From positions 1-56,806 of the IMG/VR virus record IMGVR_UViG_3300017989_000017: DNA of 56,806 nucleotides; one strand, 5' to 3'. The notes beneath the pieces are model-generated. The model saw only the letters and a list, made by a program, of their open reading frames with translations, was not told the DNA's origin and did not search any database. The number at the start of each line of letters is the position of its first letter. Position 1 is the first letter of the stretch. Both the position numbers and the translations under genes were made by a program. The stretch is from a virus. Its lineage: Duplodnaviria; Caudoviricetes. This document shows positions 55,602-56,806 of the stretch, one piece after another.

Positions 55602-56068
55602 TGGCGACCGCTACCGCCGCCGAGCAGGTGCTCCAGGAGCTGAAGACCGCGCTCGAAGACATCACCGTCGCGAACGGCTACAAGACCGACATCGGCGTGG
55701 TCGAGTTCGAGGAGAAGATGCCCGAGAACATCTACTCCTACCCCGCGATCGCGATCAGCGAGATCGGGACGGACGAGGACCAGGACTCATTTGCCGACTA
55801 CAACGCGTACTGGATGCGCTGCCTGCTCGAAGGGTTCATCGAGAGCACCCTCGACAAGAAGGGGCTGGCCGGCCAGCTCTGCGGCGACATCCGCGACCGC
55901 CTGTTTTCCGAGCTGCCGGCGGTGCTGGGCAGCCTCTCCAGACAGGTCAAGATCGACTCGACGTTCCGCATCTACGGAGACGAGAGCGACCCGAGGGCCG
56001 GCTTCCTGATGGTGATTCGGATCTACTTCCGAACGCCCATCCAAGACTCTTTCACTCTGATCCCCTAG
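55601..56068 (+). CDS. Tail terminator protein (gpU-like)
   Basis: LK.ALE.IT.ANGY.TD, YPAI; directly upstream of the tail tube. Confidence 0.75.
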   Translation: MATATAAEQVLQELKTALEDITVANGYKTDIGVVEFEEKMPENIYSYPAIAISEIGTDEDQDSFADYNAYWMRCLLEGFIESTLDKKGLAGQLCGDIRDRLFSELPAVLGSLSRQVKIDSTFRIYGDESDPRAGFLMVIRIYFRTPIQDSFTLIP

Positions 56069-56081
56069 CCCCGACCGACTC

Positions 56082-56806
56082 ATGGTTCTTCTCACTCAAC
56101 GGAAGCAGCTCGGGCTGAAGATCGAAGCCGTCGAGGGCACGCCCGAGACGATCACGTCTTCCGAGCTGGTCACGGTTCTCTCTCCGAACCCCACCATCAA
56201 CCTGAACAACGTCCGTCGCCCGGTGCTGCGCGGCACGTTCTCGAAGCTCGCTTCGCTGACCGGCATCCAGGACGCCGCGCTCTCCTACCAGCAGGAGTTC
56301 GCGGGCAACCTCGCCGGCGACCCGACCATCGCCCCGGCCATCGGTGTCTCGATGAAGGCGTGCGGGTTCCGCGAGGTCGATCTCTACGCGGTCGAGATCG
56401 CGTCGTTCACGGGCGACCGCGTCGTCGTCGGCGACATCCTCACCGGCGACAACAACGCGTCGGGCACGGACACCGTCCGCGTCATGGCGACGATGAAGAA
56501 GGACACGTTCGACGACGCCGGCGGCGACAAGAACACGCACGCCGACATCCTCTTCTTCGAGCAGCTCACCGGCGCCCTCACCTCGTCCGACACGTCGCTG
56601 ACGTGCCTGAACCCGAACCTCGCGGTCGGCGTCTCGCACTCGCTCGCGGCTCCGGTGCTCGGCCTCTCGTCGCAGACCCCGACGCGTGTGGGCACGGCCT
56701 ACGTCCCGACGTCGCAGAAGATCCTGCGTGCGACCGGCGCCATCACCGGCACGTTCACGGTCGGCGAGAACGTCTTCCAGCTGATCGACACGACCAGCGC
56801 GGCGAC
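56082..56806 (+). CDS. Major tail tube protein, N-terminal part (continues through the junction to 940)
   Basis: MVLLTQRKQLGLKIE..EGT, MKACGF; no stop before the end; in frame with the ORF at 5..940. Confidence 0.85.
   Translation, partial: MVLLTQRKQLGLKIEAVEGTPETITSSELVTVLSPNPTINLNNVRRPVLRGTFSKLASLTGIQDAALSYQQEFAGNLAGDPTIAPAIGVSMKACGFREVDLYAVEIASFTGDRVVVGDILTGDNNASGTDTVRVMATMKKDTFDDAGGDKNTHADILFFEQLTGALTSSDTSLTCLNPNLAVGVSHSLAAPVLGLSSQTPTRVGTAYVPTSQKILRATGAITGTFTVGENVFQLIDTTSAA
56684..56806. repeat. Terminal direct repeat, right copy
   Basis: Identical to 1-123. Confidence 0.97.

Noticed and set aside
56684-56806. The 123-bp terminal repeat as a biological DTR
   Set aside because: It falls in the middle of the tail tube gene and has the size of an assembler overlap
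1-56806. Stop-codon reassignment
   Set aside because: Core genes are full length in the standard code; TAG, TGA and TAA all end conserved genes

Overview
The window is an apparently complete, circularly permuted genome of a high-GC (roughly 70% by eye) tailed dsDNA phage with a lambda/HK97-like siphovirus layout. Bases 1-123 repeat 56684-56806, giving a ~56,683-bp unit, and the tail tube gene runs across the junction. Gene order: tail (tube, frameshifting chaperones, tape measure, giant Dit-like protein, gpL/gpK/gpI-J-like tip, fibres); a putative lysis cassette with a stand-alone PAS protein, membrane proteins and lipoproteins but no recognisable endolysin; a leftward operon (intact S1 sulfatase, amino-MTase, SNF2-like helicase); a divergent control region with an XRE HTH; a recombination/replication block (PD-(D/E)xK nuclease, Sak4, SSB, ERCC4, RecD2, primase-helicase, SMC-like ATPase) containing a DpdA/TGT-like plus atypical QueE-like pair; then terminase, tRNA-Met(CAT), portal-MuF fusion, protease, HK97 capsid, three decoration-like paralogues and neck genes. 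I found no integrase, DNA polymerase or CRISPR array. Best candidates for new biology: (i) a minimal deazaguanine-type DNA modification module whose QueE has lost conserved motifs, (ii) short helically periodic patches recurring about every 7 kb, (iii) a PAS-containing, endolysin-less lysis region, (iv) a phage sulfatase, and (v) two Dit-like proteins. All protein calls come from motif recognition and synteny by eye; no database searches were run.
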